A program made the translations under genes and the position numbers. A stretch of 64,000 nucleotides of DNA from the NCBI RefSeq assembly GCF_009914755.1, contig NC_060929.1; one strand, 5' to 3'. How positions within the stretch are numbered: position 1 is the first letter of the stretch; each line of letters starts with the position of its first letter. Below are positions 36,781 through 53,858 of the stretch, in pieces. The notes beneath the pieces are model-generated. The model ran no database searches. It was not told where the DNA came from and saw nothing but the letters and a program-made list of their open reading frames with translations. This DNA is from the human T2T-CHM13v2.0 reference genome, Homo sapiens.

Positions 36781-37134
36781 TGATATGGTTTGGCTGTGTC
36801 CCCATCGACATCTTGACTTGAATTGTATCTCCCAGAATTCCCACATGTTGTGGGAGGGACTCAGGCGGAGGTAACTGAATCATGGGGGCCAGTCTTTCCC
36901 ATGCTATTCTCGTGATAGTGAATAAGTCTCACAAGATCTGATGGATTTATCAGGGGTTTCCACTTTTGCTTCTTCCTCATTTTCTCTTGCCGATGCTATG
37001 TAAGAAATGCTTTTCACCTCCCGCCATGATTCTGAGGCCTCCCCAGCCATGTGGAACTGTAAATCCAGTTAAACCTCTTTTTCTTCCCAGTCTGGGGTAT
37101 ATCTTTATCGGCAGCATGAAAATAGACTAATACA
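36781..37134 (+). mobile_element. THE1 solo LTR
   Basis: tgatatggtttggctgtgtcccc...gactaataca, 5-bp TSD ctatt. Confidence 0.9.
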
Positions 37135-38032
37135 CTATTACTATCATTATCCGTTTTCAAATTTAGGTTCTGAGATCTCCCTCAGGAAGCCTTCCTGACC
37201 CCCAGGCTGAGGAGCCCCTCTTCTGTGTACCAAAGTCCCCATGCATCCCTCCAACATGGCCAACCCTCTGCTCTATCACCGTTTATGAGTTTGTCTTCTG
37301 TACCAGGTGGTGTGAGCTATTGTATCTTGCTCACTGTTGACTCCTCAGCTCCCAGAACAGGGCTGGGCCCAACAGAGATTCTTGGTGTGCGTTTGTTGAA
37401 TGAATGAATGAATGCAGTGCTACATGCTCAGCCTCCTGGAAATGGCCCGAATGTCCCGCCACACATCACAGCGCAGACACTAGATTGCAGGGACCTCGGC
37501 TTCCTCTCTTGCCCTAATTTCCCATGGTCACATCCTGCCTATTGGGGGTGATCAAGGAGGGGTTCCCAGGACTTTCATTACTAAAACCAGGCAAGGCAGG
37601 ACGAGCTGGCCACCCTGCCTGCCTGGGAGGCTCTGATATCATCACATAGGTGAAAGGGCTGTGAAAGGTGTTTGGAATGCAGACGCCCTGCTTTTACCAT
37701 TGGACTTTGAGAGACGAGGGCAGATTATCAGCCTAGGACGAATTACAGTCCATGAGTGTTTATGCACCATCTTGTTCTCAGAATGGGGCGGGAGGGGGCT
37801 GTCACTCACATGGGGCAGCTTTGGCCTCCAACTCCTCATTATGAGAAACATCTGGAGGTGGAAACCAGCCTTGCTTAATGGGGTTGCTGCTATCTGTGGT
37901 TCAGTGTGTTTGGAGAAAGTTTTGCTTATCATGGACTTTTAGGGAAGGATATGGGTAGGGAGGGAGGCCACACAACACAGAGGAGAAGTATCCTTTTATG
38001 GTTCAGGCGGAAACTTCGCCCAGATGCAATCA

Positions 38033-38272
<240 letters not shown>

Positions 38273-39766
38273 TCAGAAGAGGACACCAAGAGGCTTGGGA
38301 TGCCGTAATCCCCGTGATGCCCTTGCCCGTCGGAGGGAGGATTTCCTTCAGAGATTTCTGGGCACCCCCCCTGGCCCTGACCTAGCCCTGGACAGCCCTG
38401 TGCAAGCAGCAACAGAACACAGGACAAAGGGTAGATCTCGATCCCTCTGAAACTCCTCAGCGCCACACACTCAGCCTCACCTGCTTCAATCTGTGCTTCG
38501 AGTTCACCTTCCTTGACCACCTTATACAGTACTTCCATGCATGGCATTCTCATGCCCCTTATCCCGGTTTATTGCCCCCCACCCATACTAGGAATTACCT
38601 TGTAACACGACATGTATTTGGCTTATTTATTGTGTTTCGTTCAGTGTGTGTCTGTTTCCTCTGCTGGAATATGAGCTCCAGGAAGGCAGTTCTTTGTCTG
38701 TCTTGTTCATTCCTGTGTCTTCAGCACTGGGCATGGTGCTTGGAATGTTTAGCAAATCAGTCAATATGCAGTAAATGAGCAAGACCTGAAGGCTGGGTGG
38801 GAGCCACCTTGCTCACACAGAGGAGGTTAAGCTGTCTGTGGCTCCTTACTAGCTCTTGCAGGTGGAGAGTTCAGGGAGAAGCTGAACTTTGGCAGTGGAG
38901 GGTTTCAGGCTGAAATCACTACTGCGGACACGGTGCACAATTTTCATTACCTTGCCGGCAGCTGATCTTCACTTTTTATTAATCATGTTCAAGTCTTTGA
39001 ATCCAACCATGCTCGAAGCTTCAACTTTCATTCGTGTGACTGGGATGTCTTCTACCACACTCTCTGCGGTCCCCCGACCCCTGAAACTGTGGGACCATCC
39101 TTATGGCCTCACCCTCCTCCCTGAGAGCTGCCCCCAGCTGCGTCCCTCCCACAGTAGCCCTGGAGGGCCTGGGCTCGGCAGGGCGGGTTGCTCATCGCTG
39201 CACTCTGGCAGGGTGTCCCACAGAGCTAGAACAGCTCCCACCCCCAGTGTTATCTGCTCTGGCAGCTGAAATGGAGAAAAATGGATGTGTGTCTCAAGGG
39301 AGCCCAGCAAGGAGAGGAGAGGGCTCTCCTGTTTTGGTTACATTTCCGCCCCTGGTTGAGTGCCTGAGCCAGCTGTGGCCTGGTGTCATGGTTAATATGC
39401 TGCTGCAGTCGCTATCTCTTTGGGAAAATACCACATGCCGTCCGCGGCCTGCCCAGCTGGTGCAGAGGGAGGCGGAAAACACACAGGGCGTTTATTTATT
39501 TATTGATCTAGCCTGCTGACCTGCTCGGCGGGGGCCGAGCTGACTCAAGCTGCACATATCCTGTGCTCAGCACAGTCCGCCGTTCCCCTCCTTCACGGAA
39601 GCTGCAGGCTAGGCTGCTGGGCTGGGAGGGGTGGAGGGAAGAATCCAACCCCAGATGCACAGAAGTTCTGTTTGGTCCAGGTGGGAAAGGGTGCCACCCG
39701 GGTCCCAGAAAGAGTGCAGTCAGTTCTCTGAGCCTGGACTCCTGGGGTCCTGCATCCTTCAGCTGA

Positions 39767-40084
<318 letters not shown>

Positions 40085-40832
40085 CATGGATGGATTTTCT
40101 ATCACCCGAGTCCCTCTCTGGCATCCATGGATTGCTCAGTGATTGCACACACAGCAGAGGGTGGAAGACCCTGTAGACTGCAGGCCTGCGGGGGCTTCCT
40201 CCCGAGCGTGCATTTGCCCTTCCTCTGGTGGTGCTACCAGCCTTTGTCCCCATGGCTTAGGTGAGGCCAAGCTCACCACCTCCTGGAGGGAAGGAGTAGG
40301 TGTCGGACCCTGGCCTGGCCAAAGTGTTGCAACTCCCGCCCACCGTGACTGGTTTTATGGATGGCAAGTGACCCTACTGGGTCAGCTGGAAACAATCCTA
40401 GGACTTGTGTTAAAGGAGAAGCTCTTTCTTTGGTGATGTCCCTTAAAGGTACTTGAAACTGCTGTCATCATGAGAGAATGGTGCCAACAAGCAGAGAGGT
40501 GGTGAGAGAGTCCCAGATCCTGATGACAGTTTCAAACCCCCAGATCCAGCTCTGCTTGAAGCTAGCCCTACCCTGGGCTTTTAGTGATATAAGTCAATAC
40601 ACTTCCCCTTTTGCTTAACCCGGTTTACATGGATTTCTTTCCCTTGCAACTCAAATGAGCCTGAATGAAGGAACAGGTCACTGGTTCAGCCTTATAGAAA
40701 CCCACAGGCATCATTTTTAACCTGAGAAACTTTAAATCCCCAAGGCCAAGAAATACCCAAGGCTCACTCCTCCCAAACCCACATGCCAACAACATACATG
40801 TCACACAAGACAGACGACATCACTGTTTCTCA

Positions 40833-40876
40833 CATGCAACAGGCACGGGTGGTCCCAGAGCAGGGAGGCTCATGCA
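40833..40876 (-). promoter_or_regulatory. Two RBFOX-type UGCAUG motifs downstream of the cassette exon
   Basis: Plus-strand catgca at 40833-40838 and 40871-40876, within 100 nt of the donor. Confidence 0.6.
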
Positions 40877-40932
40877 GGTGCAGGGACCTGGGTCCAAACA
40901 CCAAACGGGGAAGAAAACTCCGAGGTAGGCAC

Positions 40933-41016
40933 CTTGACGCCAGCTGATGGCATACAAGTCCCCCAGAGTCCGGCGGCGGCCCACCGGCCGGGGCAGAGAC
41001 CAATACCTCCATGAGA
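40933..41016 (-). CDS. SH3PXD2B: Putative alternative 84-nt cassette exon (VSWRYWSLPRPVGRRRTLGDLYAISWRQ) between SH3-1 and SH3-2
   Basis: Pyrimidine tract + tatccag|TCTCATGG...CAAG|gtgcct; 84 nt, phase 1-1 matching exons 8 and 9, no stop; resembles recalled TKS5 linker insert. Confidence 0.8.
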
Positions 41017-41256
41017 CTGGATAGGCAGCATGTGGGAGGAAGGGCAGAGGGCAGAGGTGAGAAGAAAGCACCACAATGTGTACAGGCAAAGGTGGCACCA
41101 AGCACATGTCCCCATCCAGGAGAGCATTACCTCTGAGTCTAATCCAAGCCCCAGGCATCTTAGGGAGACCAAGTTCCTGAGTATTAACCGTGAACTTGGG
41201 TGAAGAGGCTTCTAGTAGACATAATTCCATTCCTAGCATGATTATAAAGAGGTGTT

Positions 41257-41680
41257 AGGCTGAGGTGGGAGGATCACTTGAGCCCAGGAATTCAAGGCTG
41301 CAGTGAGCCGTGTTCATGCCACTGCACTCCAGCCTGAGTGACAGAGTGAGACCCCATCTCAAAAAAAAAAAAAAAAAAAAAAAGGGCCAGGCGCAGTGCT
41401 CATGCCTGTAATCCCAGCATTTTGAGAGGCCAAGGTGGGCAGATCACTTGAGGTCAGGAGTTCGAGATCAGCCTGGCCAACATGGCGAAACCCCGTTTCT
41501 ACTAAAAATACGAAAACTAGCTGGGCGTGGTGGTGCATGCCTGTAATCTCAGCTACTCGAGAGGCTGAGGCAGGAGAATCACTTGAACCCAGGAGGCGGA
41601 GGTCGCAGTGAGCCGAGATCATGCCACTGTACTCCAGCCTGGGAGACAGAGCAAGACTCTGTCTCAAAAAAAAAAAAGAA
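41257..41680 (+). mobile_element. Alu right-arm monomer followed by full Alu (41385-41680)
   Basis: Two A-tailed Alu units. Confidence 0.9.
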
Positions 41681-42514
41681 AGTACTACCTGTGGTCGAGG
41701 GAAGAAAATAAATGTACAAACTCAGGAAAATGTGGTCTCGCTCCCATCTTCTAGCTGTGTGACCCTGGGCAAGTCTCCCGACCTCTCAGACCCTGTTTCC
41801 TCATCTGTAAAATGGGGACAGCAATGAGTGCCTGACAGAGGCGCTCTCACGGTGGTCATCATTCACCATCTCAAGGGCTCTAGTTTCCATGCACTACATC
41901 ACGACCCCTTAATCTGAGTTGATTCTGATGGTAACCCTGTGTTACCCCCCACAGTGCCTGGCGGGCCTCACAAACACAGAGCAAACCAACAGATGTTTTA
42001 CTGAGGGGCGTTAGCTGTAATACAACTGAATGCAAAAACCATATGTCAATGCTTTGCTAACCTTTGGGCACAGAAATTTCCCCCTTCTCCTCATCCTCTT
42101 TTCTAATAAAGATATGCTTTATGTGGCTCCATGCTTTCTCTTAACAGTCAACTAAAAGCCAAACAAACTCAACTCTAGGTCAGGTATTGCTGATACAATA
42201 ATAACTGTTACTGGTCATTTATTGTTCTAGGTTCTTTGCATGTGGATCTCATTTAATTTTTTCAAAAGTCCTATGATATAGATATCATTGTTTCCATTTT
42301 TAGATGAGAGGCTGAGGCTTAGAGAGGTTAAATTACTGGCCCAAGGCCACTCAACCAGGAAGTGGTACAGCTGAGATTAAAATTCAGGTGTGTCTGATTC
42401 CTAAGCCCCTGCTGATGAGTGAAGTGAACTCACTAACTGCCCTAGTTTTAGGAATGTTTCTAGCGGGGAAAGGGAGTTGGCTGGGACTTAGCATTTCTGG
42501 CATGGCAGGAGTCA

Positions 42515-43174
<660 letters not shown>

Positions 43175-43359
43175 TCAGAACATAATAATCTATTCAGCCA
43201 CTGTACCAGTGAATGCACAGGGTAAGGCTAAAGTTACCATTTTATTGGTAGAACACAACTACCAATGTTACCTGCTAACTGCTAAAAGCAGGTCCAGAAA
43301 CTTGCTCCTGAGCCTGGGACAGGGAAGAGTAAAGTCATCCTAAATGACAACAATAAAGA

Positions 43360-43650
<291 letters not shown>

Positions 43651-43926
43651 TATAAAGAACGTTCACCTTCACTAAGATGTGTGATGCACCCATCATTTCA
43701 CTTGCATTAAATACAATCTTCACATTATCATCCCAACTGCACACATGAGGAAACTGAGGCTCAAAGAGGCAAACCGACTTGTCCAAGTTCACGTGGCTGC
43801 GGTAGAGCTGTGACGTGTGCACGGGGCTGTTTGACTGTAAAGGCCTAGATGCAGATTTAGCATCTGCTTCAGAGGCCTCTCACCCCGGCTCAGACATTCC
43901 CCAATGAGAAGGGCCTGCATGGGGCC

Positions 43927-44365
43927 TGTGGGAGGGAGAATAATGACCCCCTCCCCACAAAGATGTCTGTGTTCGAATCCCTCAAACCTGTAAATATATG
44001 AAGTTACGTGGCACTAGGGAATTAAGGTTGCTAATCTGCTGACCTTAAAATAGGGAGTTTATCCCAGATTCTCTGGGTGGGCCTAATGTAATCCCAGGTG
44101 TCCTTAATATGCAAGAAGGAGGCAGAAGTCATGGGGAGATGTGGCTGTTGAGGAAAGACACAGAGAGGTGCAACATTGCTGGCGCTGAAGAAGGAAGAAA
44201 GGGCCATGAGCCAAGGCGGCTTCCAGGATCTGGAAAAGGCAAGGAAACAGATCCTATTCGGAACCTAAAGAAAGCAATGGGGCCCTGTCGATCCCTTGAT
44301 TTTAGGCCAGTGAGACCATGCTGAACTTCTGACCCACAGACTATTAGATAATAAATATGTGCTGT
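43927..44365 (+). mobile_element. MLT1 (MaLR) LTR
   Basis: gaattaaggttgctaatctgctgaccttaaaatagggag...ataataaatatgtg. Confidence 0.78.
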
Positions 44366-44790
44366 CGGCCGGGCGTGGTGGCTCATGCATGGTGGGTCTA
44401 CGATTTTCTAAATATTTGTATTTGTAAATATTTGTATGAAGATAAGGAAACTGTCATAACACAATGATAGCAATGGCAACAGTGATGTGTCAGATACTGT
44501 CCCAAGTGCTGCACGTCCACTCCTAGCTTGCTAGATCCTCACCACAGCCTTATGAGGTGTGTATTATTATTGCTGCCATTTTACAGATGGGGAAGCCGAG
44601 GCTCAGCAACTCTCTCAAAGTCACAAAGATAGAAAGCAGCAGTGCCAGGATTCAAACCAAGGCGGTCTCTGAGCTCTTAACCATTTTCACTAATGCCTCA
44701 CACACTGCTGGAGGGAGGATAAATCAAAACAGCCACTGTTTTGGAAGCAGACAAGTTGGTGGTATCTTAAAATTTAAAATATGTGTGTCC

Positions 44791-45100
<310 letters not shown>

Positions 45101-46976
45101 TATGTGTATCTTAGGGTCCAGCTGTTTCACTTGTTGGAATCTAACCTAAAGAAACACTGACGTGCACACAGACATGTTCACACTGGAGTACGAATATGAA
45201 TATATGAACATGGCTCACTCGGGCACTGAATACTACGCAGATGTGAAAAAGTATCAGAGGAGCTAGATAGTAACTAAAAAAAGTTGCAGATCAAAATGTA
45301 TACAATGACACCATTGGGTTTTTAAAAAACCCACAAAAATACATATATATACATACAAAATATGATGTGTTTGTATATGTACAAGTATATATGTATGAAT
45401 GAGTACCTGTGTATGTGTGAGTGTATATGTTCACACGTACACACACGCACACATACACACATGTGTATATAACATTTTCAAGAAAGATTCATACCTAATG
45501 GATAGAAGGGCTATCTAGGGTTCAGAAAGGGGGTTAGGGTTGAAGCTGGTAGAAAAAATAGATTTTAGTTTCATCATTAATCTTCTAAGAATAATGTATC
45601 CACGTATTACTTGGATAAGTACAATATAATTAAAAATAAATGTCATCAGTGTGTTGGCTACTTGAAGATGTACCCACTCACCCTCTCCCTTCTTCTTGCT
45701 GCCCTCTGGACATACCAACACTCTTCCTGGCCCCCACACTTCTTCCCAGTCACCCAAGCTTCCTGACTTCCTGCAAGCTGGGGGCCCAGGGCAGTGGGTG
45801 CTCCTGTCTTTACGTCCCCATGGTTGTGTCCTAGCCACATCATACAATCTGCACACACTCATTCTCAGGAATTGGAAAGTCACATGGCCTTAGGGGCTGC
45901 TGGAGTTGGTTTCGAATTCTGGCTCTGCAGGCTGTTGTGAGATGTGGGGTGAGTGACTGAGTTATTTGGAGTCATGGTTGCATCAGCTGTGAAGCAGGGA
46001 TGGCAACTCCTATGTTGAGTAACCAAGGAAGTTTGGCTGGCTGGCGCTGGTCTCGTGACTAATGCCACCACCATCCAGATGATGTTAGAAACATCATCTT
46101 TCTCCTCTTCTTTGGACCTCAACTCGCCATTGGGCTGTCACAGAGACTGACCCACTAATGATAGGATTAGCTAACGTCACATGTTAGCCACAACAAACCC
46201 AGTCGTTTCCACTGCATTTTCCCAGGGAGGATCTGCTTATTTCCTGCTCTTTGCCTTCAATGGGGTGCAATGGCTGCTTTGTAGCTAAGGAAGGCAAACG
46301 GGAAGGAAACCCACATTTTTTTGAGCATCTACTGTGTGCTAAGCACAAGTTTAAGCACTCTTTGTATCTTATCTCACTTAATCTTTACAATCACTCTTAA
46401 GAGCAGAAGTTTTTATTTTGTAGATAAGAAAACGAACAGTCAGAGAATGAAGGCACTGAACCACTGTGAAATGTGGAATTCTGATGGAAATCCAGGTTAA
46501 GTGTCTCAGTCATACCACATTCTGTCCCAGACCCAGCCAGTGTTCATGACCAGTGGTCCCTGTGATGGGCAGGTAGGCTAAGGAGACAGGGAATGCGCCT
46601 GTCCCATTAGAGCCCAGAGCAATGGAGCCTTCTCGGAGACTCCCATGGGTAAGCAAAGGCAAATCAACAGAGCACATTTCCAGTGAATGCTGGACTTTGT
46701 CTGCCAGTGCTTTAGAACCAGAAGGAATGTTTATAAAATGTCAACGTCAGAACAAATCGGTACCATCTGAGCCAAAAGGATAATGGTGAGTGGTGGCCAG
46801 GTGGGATATTCAAGCACAGTGATCAAACAGGGGCCTCTTTCTAGGAGACCCTCAGCAGGATCTATGGGAACTGGCCAGTCTGGACTGGCCATTTCAGTTT
46901 CTGAGTTTCCAAATGTTTCATGTCCCAGGGGCTTGGTGGCAGGGTAGTGGGAGAGGGAGATGGTCTAGGTCCCCAC

Positions 46977-47111
46977 CTGACTCATTCTTCTCGATGATGT
47001 CCACCACCTGCCCCACGCTGAGGCTGATCTCCGAACTCTCCTGCTTCTGGTAGTTGGCTACCACCACATACTGCTCCAGGACCATGGGGTCCACTGAGGT
47101 TTGGTCACCCC
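46977..47111 (-). CDS. SH3PXD2B: SH3PXD2B exon 7, N-terminal part of SH3-1 ([44 protein letters not shown])
   Basis: ccacag|GGGGTGAC...TCAG|gtgggg, 135 nt, phase 1-1; within ORF 46918..47148. Confidence 0.96.
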
Positions 47112-47249
47112 CTGTGGATAGGAAACAGACATGACATCTGGCCACCACTCATGCATGAAAGAGCAGGAGTCAGAGCAGTAGGGCGGGTCAAGAGGACGTT
47201 CCAAATAAAAAAGCAGCAGTTACAGGACTCATCTCAAGGGTGACTTCAT

Positions 47250-48270
47250 CCATTCATTGTTCTATTCATGTGCTTACTCAACCACCAAAATTGACCAAGT
47301 GCTATTTGCAGGCACTGGGGGTTCAGAGTTGATTAAGATATGGTACCTGCTCTGAAGATATTGACAGCCTAGAGGGAAAGCTCATTCATTCATACTTAGC
47401 CATCCCTCCATCCATCTGTCCATCCATCCATCCATCCATCCTCCATTATCCATCCATCCAAACATTCATCTATCTGCCGTCCATTCAACCATCTATCCAC
47501 TCATGATATATCAAATTAAACACCATCATCCATCAACCATCTCATCACCCATCCAAAATCACTCGCCTATTAATCTATGAAATCACCAGTGATGTTCCAG
47601 ATACTCTAAAGAGTACAACGGTGAATAAAACAGCTGTGACTCCCAGCCTCAAGTAACTCAATCTAGTCACAGAGAGAGACATGTACATAAGTATATATAA
47701 TTAATAAGATATAGAATTATGTAAGCGTTAGTTTATGAAAAATTGATGGAAACAACCAGGATGCTGGGACAGAGAATGAAGGGGAAAGACAATGCTACAT
47801 TTAATGGGGTGGCTGGCAAGACCTCCCTAAGGAGGTGACATAACGCAGGGACCCGAGAGAGGAGGAGGGGTCATGAAGAGAATGAGGGAAGAGCAGCGTA
47901 GGCACACTCTGAGATGGGAAAGGACTTGGGGTCTTCGGGACTGGAAGGAGGCTAGGTGAGGAAGTGCATGGAAAGAGTGGTTCTGAGTGAGGTCCCCGAG
48001 GCAAGCATGGGTCAGATCAGGCAGGGCCTTTGGGGCTAAGTAAAGAAGTTGGGTTGCTTTTAACCTTGAAGTAGAAAGTCAATTAAGGGCTTTGAGAAAG
48101 GAATGACAAGAGTTACATCTTTAAAAAGATAATTCTGGCTGCCATGTGGAGAATGGATCAGAGGTTGGCAAGAAAGAAAGCAGGAGACTAGCTGGTAGAC
48201 ATGAAGATGTCAAGGAAGAGGCGAAGGTGGCCTGAACCAGGGCAGTGGCAGTAGGAGGGAACGAAGTAGA
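47250..48270. mobile_element. L2-like fragments with degenerate (CCAT)n at ~47400-47560
   Basis: cattcatt ends, gataattctggctgccatgtggagaatgga L2-like blocks. Confidence 0.6.
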
Positions 48271-48578
48271 GAGGTGCTCCAGGGAGGCTGTGCCATGGGA
48301 TTCAGGGTGGACAGCTTCCTGGGAGTCGTGTGGCCCTGGTTAAGCGCTAAGACATATCTGACAAATAAATGAAAAGATAATGCAGAATACAGGTGATTTA
48401 AATAGCAAGGACATCTGAGTTCAGAGACCCCAGAGAGAAGCGGGCAGCTGGGTGACTTTTAGAGCAGCAGGCTAAATGTGGGGGAAGGGCAGCCAGACAT
48501 TTGCGGTCACAGGAGGGCCCTGGTATTCTAAAAGTCCTGATTCAAAATAGTCTTTCCTATTGTTCCTATAAATCATTA

Positions 48579-49605
<1,027 letters not shown>

Positions 49606-50815
49606 TCACACAGCTGGCTATGGACAAAGCTGGACTCTGTCCACTTGACTCCAGGCTCTTCTGGGTGTTGGGGCACGACAGTGAGAAAAGATAAGATGAC
49701 GGAGGAAGAAGGGTGGTCTGAGGCCTGCGGGCTCTCCTTCCCCGAGGGCCTGGTCAGGCTCAGTCTGACATCTCTGGGTGTCTCAAGGCTTGTCTGCTAT
49801 TTCCAGCCCTCTCCTCATCCTCCACTTCCCCCGAGGTCAGGTGGCAGGGCCACTTTTTCTAGACTCAAGATGACAGTTCCCCCAAGCCAGCCCAGCCACG
49901 TGAGCAGTGGCCTGAGAGTGGGCTGCTTCACGTCCCCTTCCTGCTGGCCCCATTAACAATGAGCTTCTTGAGGGCAGTGGCCTTGACTGCCTCTGAACCA
50001 CCTGGCACTTACTAGCTCTTTGAAGGTGCTGTCCAGTGAATGAATGAATGTAGGATGCTGGCTTTTGAAGATTCTTGACTACCTGTGTCCTGGTCACTAG
50101 ACTCACTCTTCTCTGAATCCAATCCAGCATCTACCCCAGGATACAGCCTGCCCGAGGGCTCAAAACCCCAGGATTGCAGTTTCCCTTCTGTCTGGGCCCT
50201 CAGGTGAGCTGGACCAGGTAAGTGTGTTTCCCTGTGCCTCAGCTTGACAGAAAGAACTGGAAAGGAAAGAGAAAAAGCACCCACTTCACAGCCAGGTTGG
50301 TGCCTGCACCTGCTGCCCAGGTTAATGCTCAAAGAGACATGCCCACGTCTTCCAGGCAGGCAGTCGTTGGCTGGTGTGGGGTCAGGGAGTGGCTGTGAGG
50401 ATTTCCTCACAGAGCCGCAGGTTTCACACAGATTTTCTGTGCAGTGCTCCATCACCTGGCTTCACCATGTCCTCATGGAGCCACACCCTCTGCTCCAGGG
50501 TCTGAGAGGGGCTTCCCTGGGGCCAGGGGAGGGGAGGGGAGGCAGATCCTGTAACTGGTCTCTGTCCTGCCCCTCCAGTCTGCCCTCCATACAGCAGCCA
50601 GAATGCTTGCTCAAAAATGCTACTCTGATCATGCCACTCCCTGCTCAGCACCTGCCATGGGCTCGGCTTGCCTTCTGATCTTGTCTTTTGGCCACTTCAT
50701 CCCTGGTGCACCTGCAAAGCACAAAGGTGCCTTTGCAGAGGCTATTTTCTCTGCCTGGGATGTCTCAACCTCTCCTTCTTATTTCAATGGGAACCACCTA
50801 TTCTTAGCCTCCTAA

Positions 50816-51762
<947 letters not shown>

Positions 51763-52689
51763 CTTTTGATACCTTATTAGACCTTATCTCCTTCACTCTC
51801 CCCAATGTGGCACAGATGGTTACTTATCCCCCATCCTCTATTTCTTCTATAGTAATAGAATTCCTGAGTTTTGGCAGGGCACAGGGCCACTTGGAATAAG
51901 ACTCCTTTATAGTTGGGAGTGGTCATGTAACGAAGCCCCAGACAATGGGATATAAGTGTGGAATTGTGCACATGTGCTTGGTAAGAGTCCTTACAGGAGG
52001 TAACTGGCTCTGCATCACCCTTTCCTCATTACTACTGGTTGAAACGTCAATGTGATGGCTGGTGCTGCAGCAGCCATCTTGGGTCATAAGCAACCTTGGG
52101 AATGCTGGTGTTGCATGGCAGAGCAGCAAGATGGGGGCCTGGGTCCCTGCTACCATTGAACACTCTATCACTCCTGGACTATCTCTGGGATTTGAACTAA
52201 GAAGAAAAAAGTTCAATTGTTTAAGTCACAATTATTTTGGATTTTCTGCTACTTGCAGTCAAACCTAATTCACTTATATCTTTGGTTGCTAGGCTCTGAC
52301 CAGTAGCATCCTTGCCAGTCCTTCTCATGCAAAGCCTGTTTCTACTGCAGGGAATTTGGCATTTGCTGTTCCCTCTGCTAGGGACAGTCTTCTCCAGATA
52401 TGTGCATAGCCTTTGCTCTCCTTTCCTTCAGGTTCCTGCTCAAGTGGCATCTTATCAATGAGACCTTCCCTGCCTGCCTTGCACTGCCTCATTCAGTTTT
52501 ATTTCTTCCACAGTGCTTTCAAAAACTGTCATAGGTTCTGTATATTTACTTGTCTCCTTGTTTACTTTTCTACTCTAGAATAGAAGTGCCACAAGGGCAG
52601 GGACAGTCTCTTGTTCACTGCTATATTTATACTGCCTAACGGCTCGTAGGCCTGTGATGTGTTTTGGTGCAAGGGGAGCTAAGAATGCT

Positions 52690-53213
<524 letters not shown>

Positions 53214-53513
53214 TGAATGTTTTTATGTATTTTTTTTGTTTTGTTTTGTTTTGTTTTGTTTGTTTTGTTTTTTTTTAAAATATTTTTTAAGAGCTGTAAA
53301 GAAGGAGAAGAGGAATGAGAAAATGAGAAAGAATTATTATTATTATTGGTGGTAGTAGTGATAGAGACTGTATGTGGCCTATAAAGGCTAACATATTCAC
53401 TGTCTGACCCTTTAGAGAAAGTTTGTCAACCCCTGGCCTAGAACATGGGTGGCTTCTTACTAGGGCTCAGTAAGTGTCTGAATGAAGGAAGGAACAGTTT
53501 AAAACTCAGCTTT

Positions 53514-53858
<345 letters not shown>

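Noticed and set aside
50180-50225. Plus-strand acceptor plus perfect CAG|GTAAGT suggesting an antisense microexon
   Set aside because: Lies in a MIR-like remnant with no partner exons; expected by chance
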